From a virus (Duplodnaviria > Caudoviricetes), in IMG/VR virus record IMGVR_UViG_3300033073_000243, positions 20,600-84,599 of that record: a stretch of 64,000 nt of DNA. One strand, 5' to 3'. Made by a program: the position numbers and the translations under genes. Below the pieces are notes generated by a model. That model did no database searches and was not told the DNA's origin. It saw only the letters and a list, made by a program, of their open reading frames with translations. This document shows positions 1 through 9,441 of this stretch, one piece after another. Position 1 is the first letter of the stretch; each line of letters opens with the position of its first letter.

Positions 1-375
1 CAAAGTAAGTTCAAAGGTGTTAAGTGGGATGTTGAGTTTGATCCACTTAAGAGCAAAGTAAGTGAAATGAGTCAAAAGGCTGGTATCTACAGCGCAATTG
101 AACCTACATTTACTGTTAAGACCGAAAACGGCAACTTAGTGTTTATCTTTGGTAGTGACACAGGCGGTAGCCACTTTGGTCGAATGGTATTTGCTACCAA
201 TGTAGCAGGTACTGTTAAGGAAGGCTATGCTTGGCCCATTGACAAGTTTTTGGCAATCTTAAAGCTTGGCATGGCAGGCGAGTGTACTGTACACTTTAGT
301 CAAGTGGCCTGTATGATTACCATCGATAGTGGCATCGGTGTGTATAACTATATCCTCCCAGGTCATACACGATAA
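1..375 (+). CDS. C-terminal part of a probable DNA polymerase sliding clamp-like protein (starts before the window)
   Basis: Frame is open from base 1 (QSKFKGVKWDVEFDP...ITIDSGIGVYNYILPG); recalled similarity to the clamp-like gene of large T4-like phages. Confidence 0.5.
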   Translation, partial: QSKFKGVKWDVEFDPLKSKVSEMSQKAGIYSAIEPTFTVKTENGNLVFIFGSDTGGSHFGRMVFATNVAGTVKEGYAWPIDKFLAILKLGMAGECTVHFSQVACMITIDSGIGVYNYILPGHTR

Positions 376-614
376 TGGATAATATTCAGGAACAAATACT
401 TGCAGAGCTTAAAAAGCAAAACGAGTATTTTGAGAAAATGGACTGGAAGCTTTGGATGCTTCAAAATATGATTAAGGCTATTGCCGAAGAGAATGGTTAT
501 ACATTTGATATCGAAGAAAACACAGCAACAGTCGAAACATATGAAGAGCCAGTAGAGCGCACAACTTCTGATCTCAAACCTAAATATGATGATAGTAATT
601 GGAGTTTAGAATGA
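375..614 (+). CDS. hypothetical protein (79 aa)
   Basis: ORF coupled to both neighbours (TAATG at the start, ATGA at the end). Confidence 0.6.
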   Translation: MDNIQEQILAELKKQNEYFEKMDWKLWMLQNMIKAIAEENGYTFDIEENTATVETYEEPVERTTSDLKPKYDDSNWSLE

Positions 615-988
615 CCAAAAAAATGATATGGGTTACTTTCCAAAAGGAAGGTATTCACAAGTATCCAGCGGCATTAACTGATCCTAACTTAGCTACAGGC
701 GACGAATACGATGTTAGCTTTTTAGGATATCCGCATCGTCATATATTTCATTTCAAAGTAGCAATTGAAGTGTTTCATGATGATCGTGACATTGAATTTA
801 TTCAATTTAAACGCTGGCTAGAAAACTTATACAAAGAAGCAACATTAACTCTTGACTACAAGAGTTGCGAAATGATTGCAGAAGATGTATATAATCAAAT
901 TAACGCAAGATATCCTAATAGGGATGTCTGGATTGATGTAAGTGAGGATAATGAAAATGGATGCCACATTCAATTTAACAAAGGGTAA
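611..988 (+). CDS. QueD-like / 6-pyruvoyl-tetrahydropterin synthase-like T-fold protein (DpdL-like)
   Basis: ATG at 611 overlaps the upstream TGA; LGYPHRHIFHF (LxxxHRHxF), IEFIQFK, SCEM and VSEDNENG motifs; next to a TGT-like gene. Confidence 0.7.
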   Translation: MTKKMIWVTFQKEGIHKYPAALTDPNLATGDEYDVSFLGYPHRHIFHFKVAIEVFHDDRDIEFIQFKRWLENLYKEATLTLDYKSCEMIAEDVYNQINARYPNRDVWIDVSEDNENGCHIQFNKG

Positions 989-998
989 AGTTCGCACT

Positions 999-1355
999 AT
1001 GAACCAATACCATAACAATGTTAGTCGTGCGATGATTCACATCAACGACATTAAGTATGACCTACTAAAGATTGCAGAAATGTATGACGGCATTCTGCAA
1101 GAAGGCTTAGGTCATTTGGCAGCAGATATGTTCCAAGCATATCTAAGTGACCTCCGTGGTAATGAATGGATTCATGACTACGAAGTTACTGAAATTGTTC
1201 TTAAAGAACAAAGCTATACTTACGATGTAAGTATTCAAATTACTAAGGATCGTACTCCTAAGAAACTAAAGATCCACGTCGGTCTTTACAAGAGTGCGTG
1301 GCCGGAGTTGGCTGCTACTATGAAATATACAGGCAGCGGATATGTCTCTAAGTAA
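999..1355 (+). CDS. hypothetical protein
   Basis: ORF; ATG at 999 preferred over the overlapping start at 942. Confidence 0.6.
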   Translation: MNQYHNNVSRAMIHINDIKYDLLKIAEMYDGILQEGLGHLAADMFQAYLSDLRGNEWIHDYEVTEIVLKEQSYTYDVSIQITKDRTPKKLKIHVGLYKSAWPELAATMKYTGSGYVSK

Positions 1356-2886
1356 AAAATCAAGAGTCGACTTACAAGCAAAGAATAAAGACTATGCAGT
1401 CTTTCTTCCGAGCATTAGCGGCTTTTACCAAGAGCAAGTAAGCAATCAGCAACAGGATCCTAACTGGATCTCATCTGATCGCTTACCGGCAGAGTTTGAA
1501 CAAGGAGTAGAAGGACTTAACTTCCTTAACAAGGAACAAGCTTACTTCTACTATCCAGATGCTCTTTACTCTGCTGGTCACGCTCAACTGAATATAACTA
1601 AGAGCGCAACAGAAGAAAGTATGATCCAAGACCGGGATCGTAAAAACACTTTCATCTTAGGCGACTCTGGTGGTTTCCAGATTGGTAAAGGTGTTATTAA
1701 CTTTGACTGGCAACACTTCTGGGAGAAGCAAGGCGATGCAGGTTATATCGGTAAAGCAGATAAAACCCGTATGGCTATTCTTAATTGGTTAGAGTACACT
1801 GCTGATTACAGCATGGTACTTGATATTCCAACTTGGGCGGCTGCTCCTATTAACCAAGAACGCACAGGACTTAGAGACTTTAAAGATTGCCTTAACGGAA
1901 CATTGTTTAACAATGATTTCTTCTTAAAGCATCGTCAAGGTAAAACTAAATTCCTAAATGTTCTGCAAGGCGGTAACAACGTCGATGCTGAGATTTGGTA
2001 CGAAGCTGTCAAACACTATCCATTTGAAGGTTGGGCGATGGGTGGTAATAACATGAAGGACGTGGACTTAATGTTACGCCGCTTGATTAAACTTCGTGAT
2101 GAAAAATTGCTAGAGCCAGGTCGTGACGTCATTCACTTCTTAGGTACAAGCAAACTCGAACTTGCTTGTTTGTTAACTGCGGTACAGCGTAACATTCGTG
2201 AGCATGTTAATCCTAACATGAAGGTAACTTATGACTGTGCTAGTCCGTTCTTGGCAACTGCCTACGGTCAAATCTATACACAGCATGTACACTTGAATAA
2301 GCGTTTTAGTTACATCATGGATAAAGCTATCGACGACAAACGATTGAGTGGTAGTAAGCTTCCATTGCCCTGGACTAGTCCTATCGCAGAACGAGTTACG
2401 ATGGGCGACTTGTGTTGGTACAAGCCAGGTGATACTAACAAGTTTGGCAAGGAATGTAAAACATCGTGGGATAGTTTCAGCTATGCAATTATGATGGCAC
2501 ATAATGTCTATCAACATATCGAAAGCGTTCAACGAGCAAATGCATTACTCGATACGGCATGTGCATTGCATAAGCCAGATCCAAGCAAGTTTAGCAAAGC
2601 TAAAGGTCTAAGTGCAGAACTAAACAACTGGGTTCCGCGAGCAGTTATATATGGTGTCGAACTAATTAACCGTGTGTTTACTAGCGAAACTCCTTATACT
2701 GAATTAGACAATGCACAAGCATTATTAGCAGAACTTAATAACAAGAAAACTCTTAAGACTACTGCGGCAAGTCATAGTATGTTGTTTGAAGTCATTGACC
2801 AAGGCAACGACAATGATGCAGAAGCTTCTGAAAATTGGGATGAAGATACTGCTAACGAATTACTACACGAAGCATTAGATGAGTAA
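1342..2886 (+). CDS. tRNA-guanine transglycosylase-like / DpdA-like base-exchange enzyme (514 aa)
   Basis: FILGDSGGFQIGKG (TGT DSGGFQ motif), MVLDIP, NVLQGG, IHFLGTS, YDCASPF; folE and queE nearby. Confidence 0.8.
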   Translation: MSLSKKSRVDLQAKNKDYAVFLPSISGFYQEQVSNQQQDPNWISSDRLPAEFEQGVEGLNFLNKEQAYFYYPDALYSAGHAQLNITKSATEESMIQDRDRKNTFILGDSGGFQIGKGVINFDWQHFWEKQGDAGYIGKADKTRMAILNWLEYTADYSMVLDIPTWAAAPINQERTGLRDFKDCLNGTLFNNDFFLKHRQGKTKFLNVLQGGNNVDAEIWYEAVKHYPFEGWAMGGNNMKDVDLMLRRLIKLRDEKLLEPGRDVIHFLGTSKLELACLLTAVQRNIREHVNPNMKVTYDCASPFLATAYGQIYTQHVHLNKRFSYIMDKAIDDKRLSGSKLPLPWTSPIAERVTMGDLCWYKPGDTNKFGKECKTSWDSFSYAIMMAHNVYQHIESVQRANALLDTACALHKPDPSKFSKAKGLSAELNNWVPRAVIYGVELINRVFTSETPYTELDNAQALLAELNNKKTLKTTAASHSMLFEVIDQGNDNDAEASENWDEDTANELLHEALDE

Positions 2887-3766
2887 AGCATTAGTAGTCG
2901 GACTAGGCATGGGGCAACAGTATGCCCTGTGGCTAGCCGAATTAGGTTACGATGTTTATACTGTAGATATTGATCCTAGCAAGGCAGCATCCTATACAGA
3001 TGTTGCTATTGCTTTGGGCGATCGTCCTGTTTTAGACATTGTTTATATCGGTACTCCAAACTGGACACACGAGCCTATTGCTAGACAAGTTGCTCCGCAT
3101 AGCAAACTAGTATTGGTAGAAAAGCCGGGCGTCAGGTATAGCAAAGATTGGCAACAATTGGTTGCGGCTTATCCAGACACTCGTATTATGATGGTTAAGA
3201 ACAATCAGTTCAGACCAGAAATAAAACGATTCAAACAATTAGCAGACCAAAGCGAACGAGTATATGTTCGTTGGAATAATGCCAATCGTATTCCGCATCC
3301 AGGTAGTTGGTTCACTACTAAATCTAAATCATTTGGCGGAGTGAGCAGAGACCTTATGCCTCACATGCTCAGTTATTACTGTGCGTTGACAAACTATACG
3401 CAAGGTGTTAAAATTAAAGGGTACGCAAAACAAAACTATGAACTCGAGGATATTCATAATACTGATTACGGCAGCGTTAATCCTAATGGCACTTACGATG
3501 TCGATGACTTCTGTCACTTTGAATTCAAGAATGGCGACACCACTTGGATTTTAAGTGCAAACTGGAAAACAAACTTAGATAACGATGATAGCAGTATTGC
3601 GTTTGGTATGAAGAACTCTGCCGTTAGACATGAGCTAGGTTTGTGCCCTGGAGTAGCGTATAAGAACATGATAACACTTGCGATGAACAACCTAAATAAC
3701 AATGAGTTCTGGCAACAACAGCTAGCACAAGATCTGTGGATTCATCAACAAATAGAAAATCTATGA
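2879..3766 (+). CDS. Gfo/Idh/MocA family NAD(P)-dependent oxidoreductase
   Basis: VVGLGMG Rossmann motif, IGTPNWTH, VLVEKPG, GGVSRDLMPH. Confidence 0.85.
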   Translation: MSKALVVGLGMGQQYALWLAELGYDVYTVDIDPSKAASYTDVAIALGDRPVLDIVYIGTPNWTHEPIARQVAPHSKLVLVEKPGVRYSKDWQQLVAAYPDTRIMMVKNNQFRPEIKRFKQLADQSERVYVRWNNANRIPHPGSWFTTKSKSFGGVSRDLMPHMLSYYCALTNYTQGVKIKGYAKQNYELEDIHNTDYGSVNPNGTYDVDDFCHFEFKNGDTTWILSANWKTNLDNDDSSIAFGMKNSAVRHELGLCPGVAYKNMITLAMNNLNNNEFWQQQLAQDLWIHQQIENL

Positions 3767-4671
3767 ACAGAGTATTAGTTACAACAGGCGAAGGTGAGTT
3801 TGAGGAAACCGCATACGATATTCCTGCATTACTAGAAGACGATCACATTTTCGTTCGTTCAATAATGACAGGCGTATGTCGTAGCGACATCGATATGATG
3901 CAAGGCAATTTCGGTCCATTGCCTAAACACATGCAAGGGCATGAAGGACTAGCACAAGTAGTAAGGATAGGTAAAAATGTCAAAGACGTCCAAAAAGGCG
4001 ACTATGTCGCAACCAGAGGAGAACCAGCTTATGCCGACGAATACATTGTTCGTCCTAGAGAGTATGTTCGCGTTCCAGAGGCTCTTCCTAGATATATCCT
4101 TGAGCCCGTGGCTTGCGGCATCAATGTGGTACAGCAACCCATTCGTGAAATTGCCGAACGAAGCGGTCCAGGACAACGACTCTTAATACTAGGCAGCGGC
4201 TTCTTAGCTTGGGTCGCTTACAACACAATCAAACTTAACCATTTGGATTTTGACATTACTGTGTTTGGACACAGCAACAAAGAACTTTGGGGAGATGCAC
4301 TAAGTCCAATATATGATGGGAAGTTTGATGTTGTTATTGATCTTAGCCCGCATTGCGATGTATTCCTAAATGACATGCTCAATAATGAAGCTCTTGTTGT
4401 TATGGGTGTAGAGAAGCAAGTAAACACTGACTTTGCTAGATTACTTTGGAAAGCTTGCACTATAGTATTTCCAAGTCCACGCACCGATAAATTCTACAAG
4501 TGTATGCAAGATGCGGCATATTGGGTAGAGAATGGTGACCTTGTGGTTGATAACTTTTGGACAAAAGGTTATAATAGAGATACAGAATGGCAACAAGCCT
4601 TTGCAGACGGTCTAAACAGACCTGCTGGTTATAGCAGAGGTTACATATATTGGAATAACAATGGCACTTGA
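3763..4671 (+). CDS. Zn-dependent medium-chain dehydrogenase (sorbitol/threonine dehydrogenase-like)
   Basis: GVCRSD, GHEG, LEPVACG, ILGSG; ATG at 3763 overlaps the upstream TGA. Confidence 0.85.
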   Translation: MNRVLVTTGEGEFEETAYDIPALLEDDHIFVRSIMTGVCRSDIDMMQGNFGPLPKHMQGHEGLAQVVRIGKNVKDVQKGDYVATRGEPAYADEYIVRPREYVRVPEALPRYILEPVACGINVVQQPIREIAERSGPGQRLLILGSGFLAWVAYNTIKLNHLDFDITVFGHSNKELWGDALSPIYDGKFDVVIDLSPHCDVFLNDMLNNEALVVMGVEKQVNTDFARLLWKACTIVFPSPRTDKFYKCMQDAAYWVENGDLVVDNFWTKGYNRDTEWQQAFADGLNRPAGYSRGYIYWNNNGT

Positions 4672-5176
4672 TACAGTTGAAAGAAAAGCGGCAACATACT
4701 TCATCGGCACAGAAGTAGAACATACAGCAATGTACAATGAAAAAACTTTGTTTGTTGTAGGAGTTCGTCCTGTTGATGAAGTCGCGAAACATGCTAGACA
4801 GCATAACATTCGTCATTTATACTTTGGCACAAGTCAAAGTTTCCATCCTAAAACAAATGAAGAGTGGGCAGAGTGGAATAACATGATTACTCCACTACTA
4901 CAAGAAGGCTTCTGGGTTACATTAGACTTTGGTGTAGAATATGCAGATACTTTGCATGAAGAAGGATGGTGCGAGTTTAATACTTTTATTCCTATGATTA
5001 GTGTTAAGCTTCCTTACATTAAGTTATACAACTATAATGCAACTCTTAAGATTGACGACACCACATGGGGTCACAGTAATCCAGGAGTATGGTGTCATAG
5101 TTTACATGACTTAATGGATCGTAAAGTTTACACCGACTGGAAAGACTATGTAGGAGACGAACCAGTAAATGGCTAA
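4661..5176 (+). CDS. hypothetical protein embedded in the deazaguanine/sugar operon
   Basis: 171-aa ORF overlapping both neighbours. Confidence 0.65.
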   Translation: MALDTVERKAATYFIGTEVEHTAMYNEKTLFVVGVRPVDEVAKHARQHNIRHLYFGTSQSFHPKTNEEWAEWNNMITPLLQEGFWVTLDFGVEYADTLHEEGWCEFNTFIPMISVKLPYIKLYNYNATLKIDDTTWGHSNPGVWCHSLHDLMDRKVYTDWKDYVGDEPVNG

Positions 5177-6245
5177 AATTTTCTTAGTTGACTTAGAAGC
5201 AGTCGAAACCCGTTACACAGGAGAATGGAAACATTATGTACCCGAAATACTTACGAAACAAGGACATCAAGTTCAAATTATCTCTGGTCCTACGGACATT
5301 CCTAGTGCCACTACTCCTGGTGCCTTTCTTAATTTTGGGGGCACTAATATTTACAAGTCTGCACAAGTTGAGCAGATGGGCCGTTTATTTTGCGACGGAG
5401 CCGTTTGCCCCGGCGATCACTTTATTTTTACTGATGCTTGGCACCCTGGTATTATCAACTTGAAATACATGAGCGAGCTTCTTAACATTCCAGTTAAGAT
5501 TCACGCATTGTGGCATGCCGGTAGCTATGACCCTGCCGACTTCTTAGGACGCTTAATTGGTGATGCTCCGTGGGTTAGACATGCAGAGAAAAGCTTCTTC
5601 CACGCTATTGATTATAACTACTTTGCCACTAGCTTCCATATCAACATGTTTGCTAAAAACTTGCTAGATACAAACATTGGTACAATGTACAATTATAAAG
5701 AAGCTAAAAAGATTATTCGTACAGGTTGGCCCATGGATTATATGGATAATACTTTGCAAGTTTACAAAGGTATGAAGAAAACAAATACCATTGTATTCCC
5801 ACATCGTATTGCACCCGAGAAACAAGTTGAAATCTTCCGTGACCTAAAAGAACAACTACCACAATATAACTTTGTTGTTTGCCAAGATCAGCAATTAACA
5901 AAGAATGAATATCACAATATTCTTGGCGAGGCTAAAATTGTGTTTAGTGCAAGTTTGCAAGAAACACTAGGTATCGGCTGTTATGAAGGTTCTATTGTTG
6001 ATGCTATTCCAATGGTACCAAACAGACTAAGCTATAGCGAAATGTATTTAGACGAGTTTAAGTATCCCAGTGTATGGACTGCCGACTTTGACCACTACAA
6101 AACTCGTAGAAAAGACGTTTGTGATAAAATTGTCGACTACATAGAAAACTATGAGTCATACTTGCCAGCACTTAAAAAGCAAACTGCTTTGCTTACTAAT
6201 GATTTCTTCAGTGCAGGCGATTTATTAAGGAACATAAATGATTAA
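5169..6245 (+). CDS. GT-B (GT4-like) glycosyltransferase resembling the GTDC1/DUF3524 type
   Basis: IVFPHRIAPEK and FSASLQETLGIGCYEG...PMVPNRLSYSEM (ExxGxxxxE donor-binding motif). Confidence 0.75.
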   Translation: MAKIFLVDLEAVETRYTGEWKHYVPEILTKQGHQVQIISGPTDIPSATTPGAFLNFGGTNIYKSAQVEQMGRLFCDGAVCPGDHFIFTDAWHPGIINLKYMSELLNIPVKIHALWHAGSYDPADFLGRLIGDAPWVRHAEKSFFHAIDYNYFATSFHINMFAKNLLDTNIGTMYNYKEAKKIIRTGWPMDYMDNTLQVYKGMKKTNTIVFPHRIAPEKQVEIFRDLKEQLPQYNFVVCQDQQLTKNEYHNILGEAKIVFSASLQETLGIGCYEGSIVDAIPMVPNRLSYSEMYLDEFKYPSVWTADFDHYKTRRKDVCDKIVDYIENYESYLPALKKQTALLTNDFFSAGDLLRNIND

Positions 6246-6615
6246 AGTACAATTTACGGGCAGTAGCCCAAACATGTATCAAAATGATCGCAGTTACAAC
6301 CTGCCTAGCATCACTGGTGCAGTGCAATGGAATGGGCAAAACAAATGGTTCGAAGTTAGCACTGGGTCTGGCTGGCAGCGTATTGACAATACTGTGGAGT
6401 TCAGCGTTAATCAACCGTCACATCCCGACCTGTGGTCAATGCATTATTGGATTGAAGAACAAAAGAAAGAACAGGCTAAGGAAAAGGAATTGCGTAGTAA
6501 ATATCCAGCACTAGACGAAGCTTATAAACACATGGAGTTTATTAGAGAAATCGTTAAAGCTGGACCAGAGCAAGAGAACGAGTCTGAAGCTGGGCTAGTA
6601 CAATCAGGACCATGA
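6238..6615 (+). CDS. hypothetical protein
   Basis: 125-aa ORF overlapping both neighbours. Confidence 0.6.
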   Translation: MIKVQFTGSSPNMYQNDRSYNLPSITGAVQWNGQNKWFEVSTGSGWQRIDNTVEFSVNQPSHPDLWSMHYWIEEQKKEQAKEKELRSKYPALDEAYKHMEFIREIVKAGPEQENESEAGLVQSGP

Positions 6616-7079
6616 TATTTACTAAAGTTCGATCATTAAAAGAGCAAGGCAAGAAAATTGGTATTACATTTAGTACATTCGATCTTCTCCACGCTGGTCA
6701 TGTTGCCATGCTTGCCGAAGCAAAAAACCACTGCGACTACCTTATCTGCGGATTACAAACAGACCCAACCATTGATAGACCAGATACGAAAAATAAACCC
6801 ATCCAGAGTATTGTGGAGAGACAAATTCAACTTGCGGCGTGCCGTTATGTTGATGAAGTGGTTGTGTACTCCACAGAACAAGACCTCGTTGACCTCCTAC
6901 TTATTCTCCCAGTTGATGTCAGAATACTTGGTGTCGAATATGCAGAAAAGGACTTCACTGGCAGAAGTGAATGCGAACTCAGATCCATCGACATTGTCTT
7001 TAACGGTCGAGATCACTCCTTTAGTTCCAGTAGCTTGCGTAAGCGTGTCTATGATAGTGAAGTCGAAAAACGAGGATAA
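6612..7079 (+). CDS. cytidylyltransferase (TagD / glycerol-3-phosphate cytidylyltransferase-like)
   Basis: TFDLLHAGH (HxGH), GLQTDP, CRYVDEV, SSSSLR. Confidence 0.85.
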   Translation: MIFTKVRSLKEQGKKIGITFSTFDLLHAGHVAMLAEAKNHCDYLICGLQTDPTIDRPDTKNKPIQSIVERQIQLAACRYVDEVVVYSTEQDLVDLLLILPVDVRILGVEYAEKDFTGRSECELRSIDIVFNGRDHSFSSSSLRKRVYDSEVEKRG

Positions 7080-7082
7080 AGA

Positions 7083-7889
7083 ATGAAAACAAAAGTAGCG
7101 GTTATTGGGTTAGGATTTGTTGGAAGTGCAATATATACTTCCTTTCAACTCTATCAACCTACACTCGAAGTAGTAGGTATAGATCCTGCCAAAGGATATA
7201 ACACACCATTATCAGATATCAAAGACTTTGACGGTGTGTTTGTATGTGTGCCCAGTCCACAGTTAGAAGATGGTAGTTGTGATACAAGCATATTGGAATC
7301 AGTTATAAAAGAACTAGATCAAGTTGGGTTCAGCGGCGTTATTATTAGTAAAGTAACAGCACCGCCGGCTGTGTATCAAAAGCTACAAGAACAACATAGC
7401 AACCTAGTTCATGCACCGGAGTTTTTAACTGCGGCTAATTCCTTTATTGATTATAGTACTGGCAAGTTTGCTATCATAGGAGGTCGTATTTCTGCATTTC
7501 GTTCGGAAGCAGAACGGCTTATTAGAATTAGTCAAACAAAGTTAGAAACCGTTATGCATTGTAGCATCGGAGAAGCAAGTTTAGCAAAGTACAGTATTAA
7601 TTCATTCTTAGCTACCAAAGTAGTCTTTATGAATGAAGTTGCCAAACTAACAGAAGCATCAGGTTGTAATTGGGAAACTGTTAGCAGTTTGATTAATCTA
7701 GATCATAGGATCGGTTCCAGTCACATGAAGGTACCCGGTCCGGATGGGGAATATGGCTTTGGTGGCCATTGTTTCCCAAAGGATACTAACGCATTGCTCA
7801 AATACGCAGAATCCGTTGATTCTAATCTAAGCGTTTTGGATGCCGCGGTAAAGAAAAACCTAGTAATTAGGTTGACTGATCCTAAATAA
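7083..7889 (+). CDS. UDP-glucose/GDP-mannose dehydrogenase family protein lacking the C-terminal domain
   Basis: IGLGFVG, CVPSP, PEFL, KYSINSFLATKVVFMNE, GFGGHCFPKD; only 268 aa. Confidence 0.85.
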   Translation: MKTKVAVIGLGFVGSAIYTSFQLYQPTLEVVGIDPAKGYNTPLSDIKDFDGVFVCVPSPQLEDGSCDTSILESVIKELDQVGFSGVIISKVTAPPAVYQKLQEQHSNLVHAPEFLTAANSFIDYSTGKFAIIGGRISAFRSEAERLIRISQTKLETVMHCSIGEASLAKYSINSFLATKVVFMNEVAKLTEASGCNWETVSSLINLDHRIGSSHMKVPGPDGEYGFGGHCFPKDTNALLKYAESVDSNLSVLDAAVKKNLVIRLTDPK

Positions 7890-7908
7890 TAGTTGTATAA
7901 TCTAAATA
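7872..7908 (+). promoter_or_regulatory. sigma70-like promoter (TTGACT-18-TATAAT) plus CTAAATA late-like motifs upstream of folE
   Basis: TTGACT 7872-7877, TATAAT 7896-7901, CTAAATA 7882-7888 and 7902-7908. Confidence 0.45.
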
Positions 7909-7943
7909 CATTTGTGACCCACCACATTAACTCGGAGAAAAAA

Positions 7944-8663
7944 TTGACAATACTAAAATATAGAGAAGAAGACGGACGACCTCTTAGCCAGGTTATCCGC
8001 GATAGACTTAAACGCGATAACAAACGCTTTTGGGCAGGCGATAACATTAGTGATTATATCAGCGATGTTGAAAAAGATGCTCTAATCGACGAAGCAACTA
8101 CAGCATTTGAACAAGTGCTAGACACATTGCTAATTGACAGGGAAACAGATCCCAACTCACAAGGTACAGCAAGACGTCTTGCTAAAATGTACTACAATGA
8201 AATAATGGCAGGTAGATATGATCCAGCACCAGACGCAACAGCATTTCCAAATGATTCGAAGGACCGTTATGAAGGCATGCTGGTTGTTCGCAGTGAGCTT
8301 CGCAGTATGTGTAGCCATCATCACCAACCTGTGGTTGGCGTTGCTTATATTGGTATTATTGCTGCCGAGAAACTCATTGGACTTTCGAAGTATACAAGAA
8401 TCGCCCAGTGGTGTGCAAGACGAGGTACTCTCCAGGAGGAACTTGCTAATGACATTGCTCGGGAAATCGAAAAAGCCACAGGGGCAAAAGACCTAGGCGT
8501 TTATATTCAAGCAGTTCACGGATGCTGTGAGAATCGAGGCATTATGGCTCATAGTAGCTTAACACAGACAACAGTGTTAAGAGGTGCATTTAAAGATGAT
8601 ATGGGTACAAAGAAAGAGTTCTTTGACAACATCAAAATGCAACAGGAATTTGCGCCACGATAA
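7944..8663 (+). CDS. folE: GTP cyclohydrolase I
   Basis: LRSMCSHHHQP, IGLSKYTRI, TLQEELA, HGCCENRG; probable TTG start at 7944 with GGAG 6 nt upstream (track start 7893). Confidence 0.92.
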   Translation: MTILKYREEDGRPLSQVIRDRLKRDNKRFWAGDNISDYISDVEKDALIDEATTAFEQVLDTLLIDRETDPNSQGTARRLAKMYYNEIMAGRYDPAPDATAFPNDSKDRYEGMLVVRSELRSMCSHHHQPVVGVAYIGIIAAEKLIGLSKYTRIAQWCARRGTLQEELANDIAREIEKATGAKDLGVYIQAVHGCCENRGIMAHSSLTQTTVLRGAFKDDMGTKKEFFDNIKMQQEFAPR

Positions 8664-8992
8664 TGGCAAATCAATTTCCATTTCACGGAATAACAGGACC
8701 TGCGGGTCCTATTGGTGCTATTGGTGCAACTGGCAGTAACATGTCTTGGACTAATAGTGTATCGACTAGTGCATTTGAAATACGACAAAATAATAGTATC
8801 TTGCGTATCGATACAGACGGAACAATTACAACTCCCGGTGCAGGTAGTATACACGCTGACGAATGGATTGAAACTATTAAACTCATGAAACAACTTATCA
8901 TGGATATTGGCAGAGATCCAGAACTTAGCGAAAAGTTTCCTTACTTAAAGGAAGCCGCACATAAATGGCTAATGAAGGAGCTATCTAAATGA
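8663..8992 (+). CDS. hypothetical protein with a short Gly-X-Y stretch
   Basis: GITGPAGPIGAIGATGSN near the N-terminus; coupled ORF. Confidence 0.55.
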   Translation: MANQFPFHGITGPAGPIGAIGATGSNMSWTNSVSTSAFEIRQNNSILRIDTDGTITTPGAGSIHADEWIETIKLMKQLIMDIGRDPELSEKFPYLKEAAHKWLMKELSK

Positions 8993-9441
8993 AGGTTTAT
9001 AGAATTACTCCGCTTGAAAAGAAAAGCATCTACTACAAAGCGGAAATGTATAGAGACAATCCAGACGGTACTATAAGCTGGTTTAATGTAGAAGATCATT
9101 ACCGATGGGGTCAGGGCTTTATTAATGAAGATATGGATTGCAATCTTCCTCTTAAAGATAGTGAAGAAGCATATTGTGATCCAACTGCCGGCTGGGGAGC
9201 AGAATTAGACGATCAAGTTGCTTGTTGGTTCGAATACAGCGATGACATTCCACAAGAAGAACGAGATCAAATTGAAGAAGCATATCACGAAGGCGGCGCT
9301 GGGTTCTTACACGACGGTGACCATGAATGGCAAGTTGAAGATGATTACATAGTTGTAATAGGTCCTTTCAAAGTTGATTTATGTGAAGAAGATGGCACTG
9401 TATTACAAGAAAATATTCCACTAAGAACAAGGGGTGAATAA
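8989..9441 (+). CDS. acidic hypothetical protein (paralog 1)
   Basis: D/E-rich; shares EKKS, RWG and GP motifs with the next ORF. Confidence 0.65.
   Translation: MKVYRITPLEKKSIYYKAEMYRDNPDGTISWFNVEDHYRWGQGFINEDMDCNLPLKDSEEAYCDPTAGWGAELDDQVACWFEYSDDIPQEERDQIEEAYHEGGAGFLHDGDHEWQVEDDYIVVIGPFKVDLCEEDGTVLQENIPLRTRGE

Noticed and set aside
8663-8740. Collagen-like domain
   Set aside because: Only about six Gly-X-Y triplets, too short to call a collagen fibre
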